Source: Chthoniobacter sp.
GTDB lineage: Bacteria; Verrucomicrobiota; Verrucomicrobiia; Chthoniobacterales; Chthoniobacteraceae
DNA length: 64,000 bases
Assembly (NCBI GenBank): GCA_034667665.1
Contig: JAXDQW010000039.1
Span: 40,210-104,209 of the forward strand
Direction of reading: 5' to 3'
Numbering within the stretch: the first letter of the stretch is position 1; every line of letters starts with the position of its first letter. The notes beneath the pieces are model-generated. The model was not told where the DNA came from. It worked only from the letters and a program-made list of their open reading frames with translations, and ran no database searches. This document shows, piece by piece, positions 17,228 to 26,238 of the stretch. The position numbers and the translations under genes were made by a program.

Positions 17228-17920
17228 GGCTCAGTATTTCCTCATTTTTAATGGGATGTCGATCTTGCGCCAGAGAAGCCGCGGCACGCGCGCCGGACGG
17301 CTCTGCCAGCCGATCACGATGTAGAACAATGCGACATGCGACTCGGAACCAGCAGTGGCTTGGCGGATTTAGCCGAAGCAATGCGATGGGAGGCAAACGC
17401 CAGGACTGCTCGGAGAGATGCTTCGATGCGGCCGATCTCCCGGAGGATGCCCGCCGAATGAAAACGCCAGTTGAGCGGCCGGCGAATGGTGCAGGCCAGG
17501 TGAAGCATGATGTATCTTGCGGAGGCGCTCATCTGATTCTTTCTGCCTCCTGAGATGCATAATGGATGCCAAGTCATCTCCTTCAGGCGTGGCGCGACGC
17601 AAATGTCCGCAGAATGACACTTCACGAACGATCGTGACACAATTGCCCATCCAACGACGGTCGCTAATTCGGATTCGTTATGGTGAAACCCGTGTGCTGC
17701 TGCGGAATCCACCCGTCCTCGCCGCCGACACCTCACTCCGATCAGGGCAACCTTCCGCTCCAGCCGTCTTGCTCGTGGAATTGGTGCGCTTTGCACCCAT
17801 GGAAAGGCGCCTTTGGTTTCTACTTCTCGCTGGCCTTTGGACCATCCTCCAGGCTAGTCTCCTCCGACGACAGGGGGCTTCTGGCCACTGGCCAAACGCA
17901 TCGCCTCGCTGTCACCTGCC

Positions 17921-18154
17921 ATGCCCCTCCCGCAAACTGACGGACGCAAACTCAGACTCTTCCAGGCCAGCGATCCTTTCAAACATTGGTGGTCACTCAA
18001 TGAGTTGCGATTCTGCGCCAAATGTGAGCATCTTTTCATTGGGCGGGATATTAAGCTGACGGAAGACGAGAAGGGAGACATTCATTTTCACTGCCCCACG
18101 CCAGATTGCGAAAGCGATTGGGAGCACTGGCAATATCCCGAATTGCATCTGTAA
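17921..18154 (+). CDS. Small putative zinc-ribbon protein (77 aa).
   Basis: 'FCAKCEH...HFHCPTPDCES' (CxxC...CxxxxC). Ordinary composition. Upstream of the pspC-like gene. Confidence 0.35.
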   Translation: MPLPQTDGRKLRLFQASDPFKHWWSLNELRFCAKCEHLFIGRDIKLTEDEKGDIHFHCPTPDCESDWEHWQYPELHL

Positions 18155-18243
18155 CCTTCGGGCTTCCTATTTCTGGAATTCCCGGTTGTCTTTCCCTTTC
18201 GCCGCAGCGACACTAAATCCCTGCGGTTGAACAATCGCCTTTT

Positions 18244-18471
18244 ATGTCATTCCTGCGGGAGCTCGCCAAATCAAAGTCGGACTGTATCATCGGAGGAGTT
18301 TGCGGAGGACTTGGGACGCACACCCCTGTTCCGACCTGGATCTGGCGGGCGGCCTTCCTGGTGTCAGTCCTATTTTTCGGCGCCGGTGTGCTCCTTTACG
18401 TGATCCTTTGGATAAGCCTCCCCGCAGAGAAACCAAATCCGCCGCAGCCTCCTTCTGCGCCGGCCGCCTAA
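18244..18471 (+). CDS. PspC-domain membrane protein (75 aa).
   Basis: 'SKSDCIIGGVCGGLGTHTPVPTWIWRAAFLVSVLFFGAGVLLYVILWISLP' matches the PspC domain pattern. Confidence 0.8.
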   Translation: MSFLRELAKSKSDCIIGGVCGGLGTHTPVPTWIWRAAFLVSVLFFGAGVLLYVILWISLPAEKPNPPQPPSAPAA

Positions 18472-18639
18472 GAGACTGTGAAATAAGTCGAAAGCGCGGG
18501 TGGATGGCGTCGCTCCGCCGCCATGCCAAAACGCTGCGCGTCAGCGCCACTCTTAAAGATGGGCCTTCGGCGCAATCAAACGCGTGGCGCGCGGAGCGAC
18601 GCCATCCACCACTCGCCTATTTATTACACAGTCTCTTAA
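18469..18639. repeat. 171-bp MITE/REP-like element with ~50-bp imperfect terminal inverted repeats.
   Basis: TAAGAGACTGTG (18469-18480) pairs with CACAGTCTCTTA (18628-18639). GGTGGATGGCGTCGCTCCGC (18509-18528) pairs with GCGGAGCGACGCCATCCACC (18591-18610). Confidence 0.8.
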
Positions 18640-18730
18640 GGGGCGGGCCCAGTGCCGGGCAGCCGCAGCCATTGCCTCGGTAGGGCGGCACACTCAAGCG
18701 GGACTCGAGACCCGCCGTTGATTCGATACT

Positions 18731-18886
18731 TCACCTTCGCCCAGCGTCCTTGAAGAATGAGCCAATGAAGAAGTCTCGATCTGCATCATAGTCGCCACGG
18801 GGCGATCCAAATCCCCGCGTGGGATTCGTCTTGTGGTGATTGGCACAGCCTGCAAACAGGACACAGACCATCAAAAGATATCTCAC
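18731..18886 (-). CDS. Small putative lipoprotein (51 aa from the GTG; 46 aa from the ATG at 18871).
   Basis: Own translation: '(V)RYLLMVCVLFAGCANHHKTNPTRGFGSPRGDYDADRDFFIGSFFKDAGRR*'. Lipobox LFAGC. Below the ORF-track size cut-off. Confidence 0.35.
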   Translation of the reverse strand: MRYLLMVCVLFAGCANHHKTNPTRGFGSPRGDYDADRDFFIGSFFKDAGRR

Positions 18887-18917
18887 GGCGCGGGACGGCC
18901 GACCGAGCTATCCCTCT

Positions 18918-19412
18918 TCACTTCTTCACCTTTGCCCACCGCCGCCGGGCGGCCGCGGCCATTTTCGCACGAGCCTCAGGACTGATATTCCGTTTTACCT
19001 TCGCGACAGGCGCTGATTTTGACGGCGCATTCAAAGCGGGCGCACCCTTCCTCCTGGCTGCCCAGCGAGCCTTCATCGACGCGGCCAGCTTGGCGCGGCC
19101 TTCGGGAGTCAGGCCGCCCTTCCCTTTCGATGCGGGAGCAGCTTTCGCAGGTGATGTGGCAACGGCACCGGCTGTCCCCTTGGTCTTTGCCCAACGTGCA
19201 CGTTGCGCGGCCGCAATGCGGGCACGAGCTTCAGGTGACATGGTGCGCTTTCCACGCCGCTGGGGCTTGGCTCTCGGTTTCGCAGGCTCTTCTTCGTTTG
19301 AGCCAAAGAGGCTGCCAAGCTTCTCTTGCAACCCGGCAATCTGCTTTCGCAGAGAGAGAGCTTCTTCGAGTTTGGCAATTGGATGTTCCCAGAATGATTT
19401 GGATTGAGGCAT
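18918..19412 (-). CDS. Basic Ala/Lys/Arg-rich protein with three 17-aa [ST]PE[AG]RA[RK]xAAxxxxRWA repeats. Possibly DNA-binding (NUMOD3-like).
   Basis: Repeats at aa 59-75, 102-118 and 144-160. N-terminal coiled-coil-like segment. Confidence 0.6.
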   Translation of the reverse strand: MPQSKSFWEHPIAKLEEALSLRKQIAGLQEKLGSLFGSNEEEPAKPRAKPQRRGKRTMSPEARARIAAAQRARWAKTKGTAGAVATSPAKAAPASKGKGGLTPEGRAKLAASMKARWAARRKGAPALNAPSKSAPVAKVKRNISPEARAKMAAAARRRWAKVKK

Positions 19413-19777
19413 AACGGTTGTTAACGGCGATAATTACTCAGCGTCAAATAATAAAACGCAGCTTTAAACCTTTACTAAGGTACCCCAAGCGTGGAAAATC
19501 TGGTCTTAGGACGATCCAAAGTGTCCGCCGAGCCACAAACCACAGGCTTCGAGCCAGTCACTGGGATAGGCCTGTTTAACGCCAATGACGCCAGGTTCCT
19601 ACCAGCCTGTAGCGACAGATAAGAGCACCTCCTGAGGAGGTCGGTAACTCTTCAAATTTCTCCTCCTTGCTCCAGGCGACTGCCAGGTCCGACCGCTTCC
19701 AAATCTGCTTCACCTTCTTGAATCTTTCAATAATCGGTGCGGTCCTGACGCGCGAATGTCGTAATGTTCCAGCCTCG

Positions 19778-20188
19778 TCAAGACTTCGCGGCGCCTGGAG
19801 TCTTCTTGCCGTCCCGCTTCCCGAAGTCTTCTTCGGCAATGTGAAACTTGTGCAGAATTCGATGCATGATCGGCGAAATCAACACGGCCATCACCGAGAT
19901 AAAGACAAGCCCGCTGAAGAGCGCATAGAGAGACGCGAAAACCTTGGCCGCATCGGTGGGGAGCTGTCCGACCGGTCCCATGCCGGTGAGGATCATGCAG
20001 GCATTCAGCAGCGCGTCGATCCAGGTAAAGTCGGCGAGGTAATGGTAACCAAGCACGCCGATGCCGACGCCAAGCAAGACCATGCCGGCGGCGATCCCCA
20101 GGCAGATGACCAGCCGCCGGAGGAAGAGTGGTAAAGGAAGCACCCGTTCTTTGCGATGTTCAAACATGGTTGCCGGTTCAAAAGACAA
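19778..20188 (-). CDS. Two-TM pore-loop (Ion_trans_2-like) membrane protein with a divergent filter.
   Basis: TM1, then 'FTWIDALLNACMILTGMGPVG', then TM2. This resembles a K+-channel pore helix and filter, but with TGMGP instead of TVGYG. Overlaps the stop of the upstream NRAMP gene by 11 nt. Confidence 0.4.
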   Translation of the reverse strand: MSFEPATMFEHRKERVLPLPLFLRRLVICLGIAAGMVLLGVGIGVLGYHYLADFTWIDALLNACMILTGMGPVGQLPTDAAKVFASLYALFSGLVFISVMAVLISPIMHRILHKFHIAEEDFGKRDGKKTPGAAKS

Positions 20189-21440
20189 ACATCCCGATGG
20201 CCGCCGCGAACATCAAGAGCGTGGTGACCCCGACCACGATCCGGCTCATCAGCGAACTGGGCTGCTCCCGCATAATGGCGCGGTTGCAGGCGATGATGAG
20301 AATGCCGAGCAACAGAAATGGCGCGAGCAGCCCATTGATGATCGCGGTCCAATAGAGCGCCTTGATGGGACTGATGTTCAGGAAATCCAGCACGATTCCA
20401 ATGCCGATCGAGGCAATGAAAACGGCGTAGAAGGCGTGCGCGCGGCCAAACCTCTCGTCGAGACCCTGGCGCCAGCCGAAGGTGTCAGCGAAGGCATACG
20501 CCGCAGAGCCGGCCAGCGTGGGAATCGCCAGCAGGCCAGTGCCGATGACGCCGAAGGTGAAGAGCACCGCCGCAAAGTTTCCCGCCAGCGGGCGCAGCGC
20601 TTCCGCCGCCTGACGCGAGGTCTCGACTTGCTGGCCGGCTTTGTGGAGCGTCAGGGCGGTCGTCAGGATGATGAAGTACATCACGAAGTTGGAAAAGAAG
20701 GTGCCGGTGGCGACATCAATCTTTCGATCGAGGATTTCCTGCGGCGTGGCGCCGCGTCTCTGCGTGACTCGCCGACGGCCGTGGGTTTTCTCCTCCTCGA
20801 CCTCCTGCGAGCTTTGCCAGAAAAAGAGATACGGGCTAATGGTCGTGCCGAGGATCGCGACGAGCGTGGCCCACATCTCGTGACCTTTCGGCAGCGTCGG
20901 GATGAAGGTCGCGCCGAGCACCGGCCGCCAGTCCGGCCGGATCATGAGTCCGGTGACAACATACGCAAAGAGCGCCAGCGCCAGCCATTTGAGGATGCGG
21001 GCGATTTGTTCGTAGCGGCAGCGGATCGACGCGCCGGCGATGGCGATACCGAAGAGCGGTACCAGCCAGTGCGAGTTGATTCCCGTGAGCATCTCGCCCG
21101 CGTCGGCCATTCCAGCGAGGTCCGCGCCGACATTGACTGTGTTCGCGACGAACAGCGCCAAGGTCGCGAGGACGACGACCTGCTTCGGAAACGTCTTGCG
21201 CAACGTGCCGGCCAGTCCGCGGCCGGTGACCATTCCGATCCGCGCGCACATCATCTGCACCGCGCCCATCAGTGGCCAGGTAATCAGCGCCGTCCAGAGC
21301 AAGGCAGTGCCATGTTGCGCGCCGGCCACGGAGTAAGTCGCGATGCCGGATGGGTCGTCATCCGCCGCTCCGGTGATCACGCCGGGACCGAGTTTGCGGA
21401 GAAAACCGGTGATGGGATGCTTCGATTTGGATGGACCCAT
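20178..21440 (-). CDS. NRAMP/SLC11-family cation transporter, Met-less (NRMT-like) variant.
   Basis: 'GPGVITGAADDDPSGIATYSVAGAQHG' and 'ILGTTISPYLFFWQS'; about 11 TM segments. Start moved to M28 (21440) to avoid overlapping mgtE. Confidence 0.8.
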   Translation of the reverse strand: MGPSKSKHPITGFLRKLGPGVITGAADDDPSGIATYSVAGAQHGTALLWTALITWPLMGAVQMMCARIGMVTGRGLAGTLRKTFPKQVVVLATLALFVANTVNVGADLAGMADAGEMLTGINSHWLVPLFGIAIAGASIRCRYEQIARILKWLALALFAYVVTGLMIRPDWRPVLGATFIPTLPKGHEMWATLVAILGTTISPYLFFWQSSQEVEEEKTHGRRRVTQRRGATPQEILDRKIDVATGTFFSNFVMYFIILTTALTLHKAGQQVETSRQAAEALRPLAGNFAAVLFTFGVIGTGLLAIPTLAGSAAYAFADTFGWRQGLDERFGRAHAFYAVFIASIGIGIVLDFLNISPIKALYWTAIINGLLAPFLLLGILIIACNRAIMREQPSSLMSRIVVGVTTLLMFAAAIGMFVF

Positions 21441-21524
21441 AAGGTGGCAAATCGCGCGGCAATTCACGCGCTGTGCCCTCCAATCGAGCCGTTTCAGGTT
21501 CGCGGCCGTGCCATGGTGCAATCG

Positions 21525-22907
21525 CTAGAGCACCGTGCCACGCAACACGACGAACGCGACATTGAAGTAGATAACGAGCCCGGTGACATCGACCAGCGTC
21601 GCCACGAACGGCGCGGAAGAGGTGGCCGGGTCGAGGCCGACGCGGCGCAGAAAGAACGGCAACATCGAGCCGGAAACAGAACCCCAAAGCACCACGCCGA
21701 TCAGCGATAGACCCACCGTCAGAGCGACGAGCAAGTAGTGCGCACCGTAGTCCTGAAAATGCAGCGTCTGCCAAAGCATGATCCGGCAGAAGCCAATGGT
21801 CCCGAGGATGAGTCCGAGCCAGAGACCCGCGCCAAGTTCGCGCCGCAGGACATGCCACCAATCGCGCAGACTTACCTCACCGACGGCCATCGCGCGGATG
21901 ATGAGCGTCGTCGCCTGGGAGCCGGAGTTGCCGCCGCTGGAGATAATGAGAGGGAGGAAAACGGCGAGGACCACCGCCTTGGAAATTTCATCTTCAAAGT
22001 GACCCATTGCGGTGGCGGTCAGCATTTCCGAGAGAAAGAGGATGATGAGCCAGGTCGCGCGCTTCTTGATCATCCGCGGCAGGGAGATGGTGGTGTAAGG
22101 CTCATCGAGCGCTTCCAGGCCGCCGATCTTTTGGACTTCGCGCGTGGTTTCGGCTTCGAGCACGTCGAGCACGTCGTCGATCGTCACGATGCCGATGAGA
22201 CGGTCTGCGGAATCGACGACGGGCAGCGTGTTGCGATCGTATTTCTTGAAGACCTGCGCGGCGTCCACCGCCGGATCCGTGGCGCTCAGCGCGACGTATC
22301 GGTCGTCGCGGATTTCGCAGATTTTGGTCTCGAACGGCTTGAGCAACAGCTCGCGGATGCGCACGTCGTCGATCAGCGTGCCCCGTTCATCGAGGACGTA
22401 GATGACGTTGAGCGTCTCGGAATCCTGACCGTGTTTGCGGAAGTGTTCGAGAACTTGCAGGATCGTCCAGTCGTCTCCCACGGCGACAAAGTGCGGCGTC
22501 ATCAAGCGGCCGATGCTGCCCTCCGGATAGTTGAGCAGGGCCTGGGCGATCTTGCGCTCCTCGGGCGTGAGCAATGACAGGGTGTGGGTGACCGCGGCCG
22601 GCGGCAGCTCCTCGAGGAGGCGGGTCCGATCATCCGGCGACATGTCATTGAGGACGCGGGCCGCGGCCTCGCTGCCCATCGCTTTGAGGACGATGCACTG
22701 CGCGCCGTGGTCCAGGTATTCAAGCACGCCCGCCGCCTTGTCCTGGGGCAGCATGCGAAAGACGACGGCCTGTTCGTCGGGCGGAAAATCGACGATGCAC
22801 TCGGCGATCTCGGCGGGCGTCCATTCCTCGAAGACCTTGCGCAGAGCGGTGAAATCCCGCGTGTCGATGAGCGCTTTGATCGCGGGTTCGATAAGATGGC
22901 CGGTCAT
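21525..22907 (-). CDS. mgtE: Magnesium transporter MgtE (460 aa from 'MTGHLIEP').
   Basis: MgtE N-domain, CBS pair, and TM domain 'LPLIISSGGNSGSQATTLIIRAMA' and 'ATLVDVTGLVIYF'. Confidence 0.92.
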   Translation of the reverse strand: MTGHLIEPAIKALIDTRDFTALRKVFEEWTPAEIAECIVDFPPDEQAVVFRMLPQDKAAGVLEYLDHGAQCIVLKAMGSEAAARVLNDMSPDDRTRLLEELPPAAVTHTLSLLTPEERKIAQALLNYPEGSIGRLMTPHFVAVGDDWTILQVLEHFRKHGQDSETLNVIYVLDERGTLIDDVRIRELLLKPFETKICEIRDDRYVALSATDPAVDAAQVFKKYDRNTLPVVDSADRLIGIVTIDDVLDVLEAETTREVQKIGGLEALDEPYTTISLPRMIKKRATWLIILFLSEMLTATAMGHFEDEISKAVVLAVFLPLIISSGGNSGSQATTLIIRAMAVGEVSLRDWWHVLRRELGAGLWLGLILGTIGFCRIMLWQTLHFQDYGAHYLLVALTVGLSLIGVVLWGSVSGSMLPFFLRRVGLDPATSSAPFVATLVDVTGLVIYFNVAFVVLRGTVL

Positions 22908-23052
22908 GTCAACGGTTGAATCACGTTGCCGTTGAGTTGGCGAGGGCGTCGCACTGCCAACGGGTGCGGAGCCCAAACCGCTCGAAGCTCGATAATCTTC
23001 GGGTGGCCGGCTGCGCATCAAACTATTCGCAAGATTCATCGGCTGAAGTAGG

Positions 23053-24645
23053 ATGTCCGCCCATGTTTTTGCTCCCTCACGATCTGGCGACCGTTTCGCC
23101 GCCGACGCCGCCATTCGCCACAGGAGCCTGCCGTTCGTGACTGCGCCCAGGGTCGTCATCATCGGCGCCGGTCCGGCTGGACTGACCGCTGGCTATTTGC
23201 TCACGAAAGCGAATGTCCCCATCGTCGTCCTGGAGGGCGACCCGCAATACGTCGGTGGCATTTCGAAGACGGCCACCTACAAAGGCTACCACTTCGACAT
23301 TGGTGGACATCGCTTCTTCTCCAAGTCGCAAGAGGTCGAGAACCTCTGGACCGAGATCCTGCCCGACGACATGCTCGTCCGGCCGCGCTCCTCGCGCATC
23401 CTCTATCGCAACCGCTTTTTTGCCTATCCGCTCAAGGGGCGCGAGGCGCTCACCAAGCTCGGTATTTTCGAGTCGTTACGCTGCGGATTTTCCTATCTGT
23501 GGGCGAGGCTCTTCCCGGTGCGGACGCCGCGCAGCTTCGAGGATTGGGTGAGCAACAAGTTCGGCCACCGACTCTTCAATATCTTTTTCAAGACCTACAC
23601 CGAGAAGGTCTGGGGCATGAGCTGCAAGGAGATTTCGGCGGATTGGGCGGCGCAGCGGATCAAGGGTTTGTCGCTCACCACGGCCGTGCTCGCCGCGCTC
23701 TTCCCGAAGCGAAAGCCGCGCACTGGCGCAAAGGTCGTCAAGACGTTGATCGACTCGTTTCGCTATCCGCGGCTTGGACCAGGCATGATGTGGGAAGCGT
23801 GCGCGGCGAAAATTCTGGCGCGCGGTGGCAGAGTCGAAATGGGCCGCCGCGTCACGCAATGCTCTTACGATTCGGGTACGCAATTGTGGTCCGTAACGAG
23901 CCGGGAGGCCGATGGCCGCGAGCACACCATCGAGGCGGAACATGTCATCTCCACGGCTCCCGTGCGCGAACTTTGCAAGATGCTGAAGCCGCCGGTCTCG
24001 GAGACGGTGGCCCATGCCGCGGACCAGTTGAAATATCGCGACTTCATCACGGTGGTGCTGATCCTGAAGGATCGCGACGCGTTTTCGGACAACTGGATCT
24101 ACGTGCACGATCCGGCGGTCATGGTGGGCCGGGTGCAGAACTTCAAGTCGTGGTCGCCCGAAATGGTGCCCGACCCGGCCACGACCTGTTACGGGCTGGA
24201 ATACTTTTGTTTCGAGCACGCCGACGGCCTGTGGGGCTTCAGCGACGAAAAGCTCGAGGAGCTCGGCCGCAAGGAAATCGTGCAACTGGGTCTGGCGCAC
24301 GCGGAGGACATCCTGGATGCGCACGTGGTCCGGCAGCGCAAGGCGTATCCGGTTTACGACGACTCCTATGCCGAACATCTCGTGACCATCCGCACGGAGC
24401 TCGAACAGCGCTTCCAGACGTTGCATCTCGTGGGCCGCAACGGGATGCACAAATACAACAATCAGGACCACTCGATGATGACCGCGATGCTCTGCGTGCA
24501 AAACATCCTGGCCGGCAAGCGGGTCTATGATCTTTGGGGGGTGAACGAGGACGCTGAGTATCACGAGTCCGGCGAACACAGCGCTTCGGTCACCGGGCTG
24601 CGACAGGTGCCACAACGAATCGAACCGGCCGACGCGAAAGTCTGA
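23053..24645 (+). CDS. NAD(P)/FAD-dependent oxidoreductase (amine-oxidase/UDP-galactopyranose-mutase-like fold).
   Basis: 'VVIIGAGPAGLTAGYLL...VVLEGDPQYVGGIS...GYHFDIGGHRFF'. Confidence 0.8.
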   Translation: MSAHVFAPSRSGDRFAADAAIRHRSLPFVTAPRVVIIGAGPAGLTAGYLLTKANVPIVVLEGDPQYVGGISKTATYKGYHFDIGGHRFFSKSQEVENLWTEILPDDMLVRPRSSRILYRNRFFAYPLKGREALTKLGIFESLRCGFSYLWARLFPVRTPRSFEDWVSNKFGHRLFNIFFKTYTEKVWGMSCKEISADWAAQRIKGLSLTTAVLAALFPKRKPRTGAKVVKTLIDSFRYPRLGPGMMWEACAAKILARGGRVEMGRRVTQCSYDSGTQLWSVTSREADGREHTIEAEHVISTAPVRELCKMLKPPVSETVAHAADQLKYRDFITVVLILKDRDAFSDNWIYVHDPAVMVGRVQNFKSWSPEMVPDPATTCYGLEYFCFEHADGLWGFSDEKLEELGRKEIVQLGLAHAEDILDAHVVRQRKAYPVYDDSYAEHLVTIRTELEQRFQTLHLVGRNGMHKYNNQDHSMMTAMLCVQNILAGKRVYDLWGVNEDAEYHESGEHSASVTGLRQVPQRIEPADAKV

Positions 24646-24653
24646 GTCGCGGG

Positions 24654-26201
24654 ATGGACGCCGACTCCCCTGGGCCGCGCGAAACAGCGGTTCCTTCGCT
24701 CCGAGCCCGCGTGCTCGTCTTTCTCCTGGTCAGTGCCTTCGCCTTTCCCGCCGTGCTCGGGCTGGGGATGACGAGAGGCTTGAGCCACGACGAGCACCAG
24801 CACGTGGCTGCCGGGGCGCTCATCGCGCGGGACGGGTTGCTGCCCTACCGTGATTTCCCTCACTTTCACACGCCCTATCTGGCGTTTGCCTACGCCCTGC
24901 TTTTCCGCGTCAGCGATCATCTGCTCATCGCGGCCCGTCTGCTCTCCGTGCTCAGCGCCACGGCAATCCTGGGCATCATCGGCAGCATCGCGTATCACTT
25001 GTTTCGAAATCGCGGGAAGCGGTTCGCCTTGCTGGTGTGCGCCGGCAGCGTGCTGCTCGCGCTGACGACCACGCTTTTCACCGAGACCTCGGGCCACGCC
25101 TGGAATCACGAACCCTCGCTGTTCCTCGCCTTGCTCGCCTTCGTGTCTCACCTCGCCGGCTTGAGGTCGGCGCGGCTGGGATGGTTCGCGGCCAGTGGAG
25201 CCCTGCTCGGGCTCGCCATCGGCACGCGCATCACCTGTGCGCCGCTGGTTGCCCCTTTCGGGCTGGCGTTACTGCTCTATCCGACGTTCGGATGGCGGTG
25301 GAATCGAGTCCTCGGTTTCGCCGGCGGAATGCTGCTGGGCCTGGCCGGACTCTTTTACTTTTTCGCCGTCATGCCGGAGCAGGCCTGGTTCGGCAATTTC
25401 GCTTTTGCCAAGGTGAACATTATTTATCGCCTCAGCACCGGTGAGCCGCGGACGATGACCATCCTCAAGAAGCTGCGGTTCTTTTTCAAAGTGATCATTC
25501 GTCCGGATACCGCGCTCTTCGTGGCTGGCTTGGCGCCGGTCCTGGCGGCCTGGCTGGCCAATCGCAGGACGGAGCGGCGGCTGCCCCCTGAAGTGCGATT
25601 CATCCTGCTCCTCCTGCCGTTCGTGCTGATGGGTTCATTCGCCCCTTCGCCGCTCTTCGATCAATACTTCTATCCACTCGTTCCGTTTCTCCTACTCGCC
25701 GGTCTTTATGCGCTTGCTTCGATTCCGAGTCCCTGGTTTCGCCGGACTCTGCTCATCGGCGCGGCGGCTGTGGTCCTTTCCGTTGGGATGGGAGTGCGCG
25801 CCTATGACGATTTCCGCGATTTCTTCGTCACCAAAGATTGGCATGGAATGGAGCTCCACGAACGGGCGCAAGAGATCCGATCACACGTGTCTCGCGGGAG
25901 AGTTCTGACCCTCGCGCCCATTTATCCGCTGGAGGCTGGTCTTTCGATTGACCCTGCCTTCTCCACCGGATCGTTTGCGTGGCGCATTTCGCCCTATCTC
26001 GAACTGGAAAAAGCGACGCGCCTCGGCATCGTCAGCCCGGCGACCCTGGAATCGGCGCTCAACGCCGCGCCGCCCGAGGGCATGCTCGTCGGGTTTGAGA
26101 AAAACGGTGAAGGCCCGCTTTCCGAATACGCCAGCCGGCATGGTTACGAACGTCGGCCTCTGGCCGATGGGAAGCAATTGTGGGTCCGGCGTCGTGATTG
26201 A
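24654..26201 (+). CDS. Polytopic GT-C-type (ArnT/PMT-like) glycosyltransferase-like membrane protein.
   Basis: More than 10 hydrophobic segments. An early loop carries 'SHDEHQHVAAG'. Lies 9 nt after the FAD oxidoreductase gene. Confidence 0.5.
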   Translation: MDADSPGPRETAVPSLRARVLVFLLVSAFAFPAVLGLGMTRGLSHDEHQHVAAGALIARDGLLPYRDFPHFHTPYLAFAYALLFRVSDHLLIAARLLSVLSATAILGIIGSIAYHLFRNRGKRFALLVCAGSVLLALTTTLFTETSGHAWNHEPSLFLALLAFVSHLAGLRSARLGWFAASGALLGLAIGTRITCAPLVAPFGLALLLYPTFGWRWNRVLGFAGGMLLGLAGLFYFFAVMPEQAWFGNFAFAKVNIIYRLSTGEPRTMTILKKLRFFFKVIIRPDTALFVAGLAPVLAAWLANRRTERRLPPEVRFILLLLPFVLMGSFAPSPLFDQYFYPLVPFLLLAGLYALASIPSPWFRRTLLIGAAAVVLSVGMGVRAYDDFRDFFVTKDWHGMELHERAQEIRSHVSRGRVLTLAPIYPLEAGLSIDPAFSTGSFAWRISPYLELEKATRLGIVSPATLESALNAAPPEGMLVGFEKNGEGPLSEYASRHGYERRPLADGKQLWVRRRD

Positions 26202-26238
26202 CGAATCGGGGCTCGCCTCGCGCCGGAGGCTTCCGTTA

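Noticed and set aside
22908-23052. M-box (Mg2+) riboswitch upstream of mgtE.
   Set aside because: The leader is only ~145 nt and is shared with a divergent gene. I see a short CAACGG/CCGTTG hairpin but could not recognise the M-box core by eye. It needs an Infernal scan.
25948-26238. 97-codon N-terminal extension of the sulfatase ORF.
   Set aside because: It overlaps the 3' end of the GT-C membrane protein gene. The sulfatase signal peptide starts at 26239/26251.
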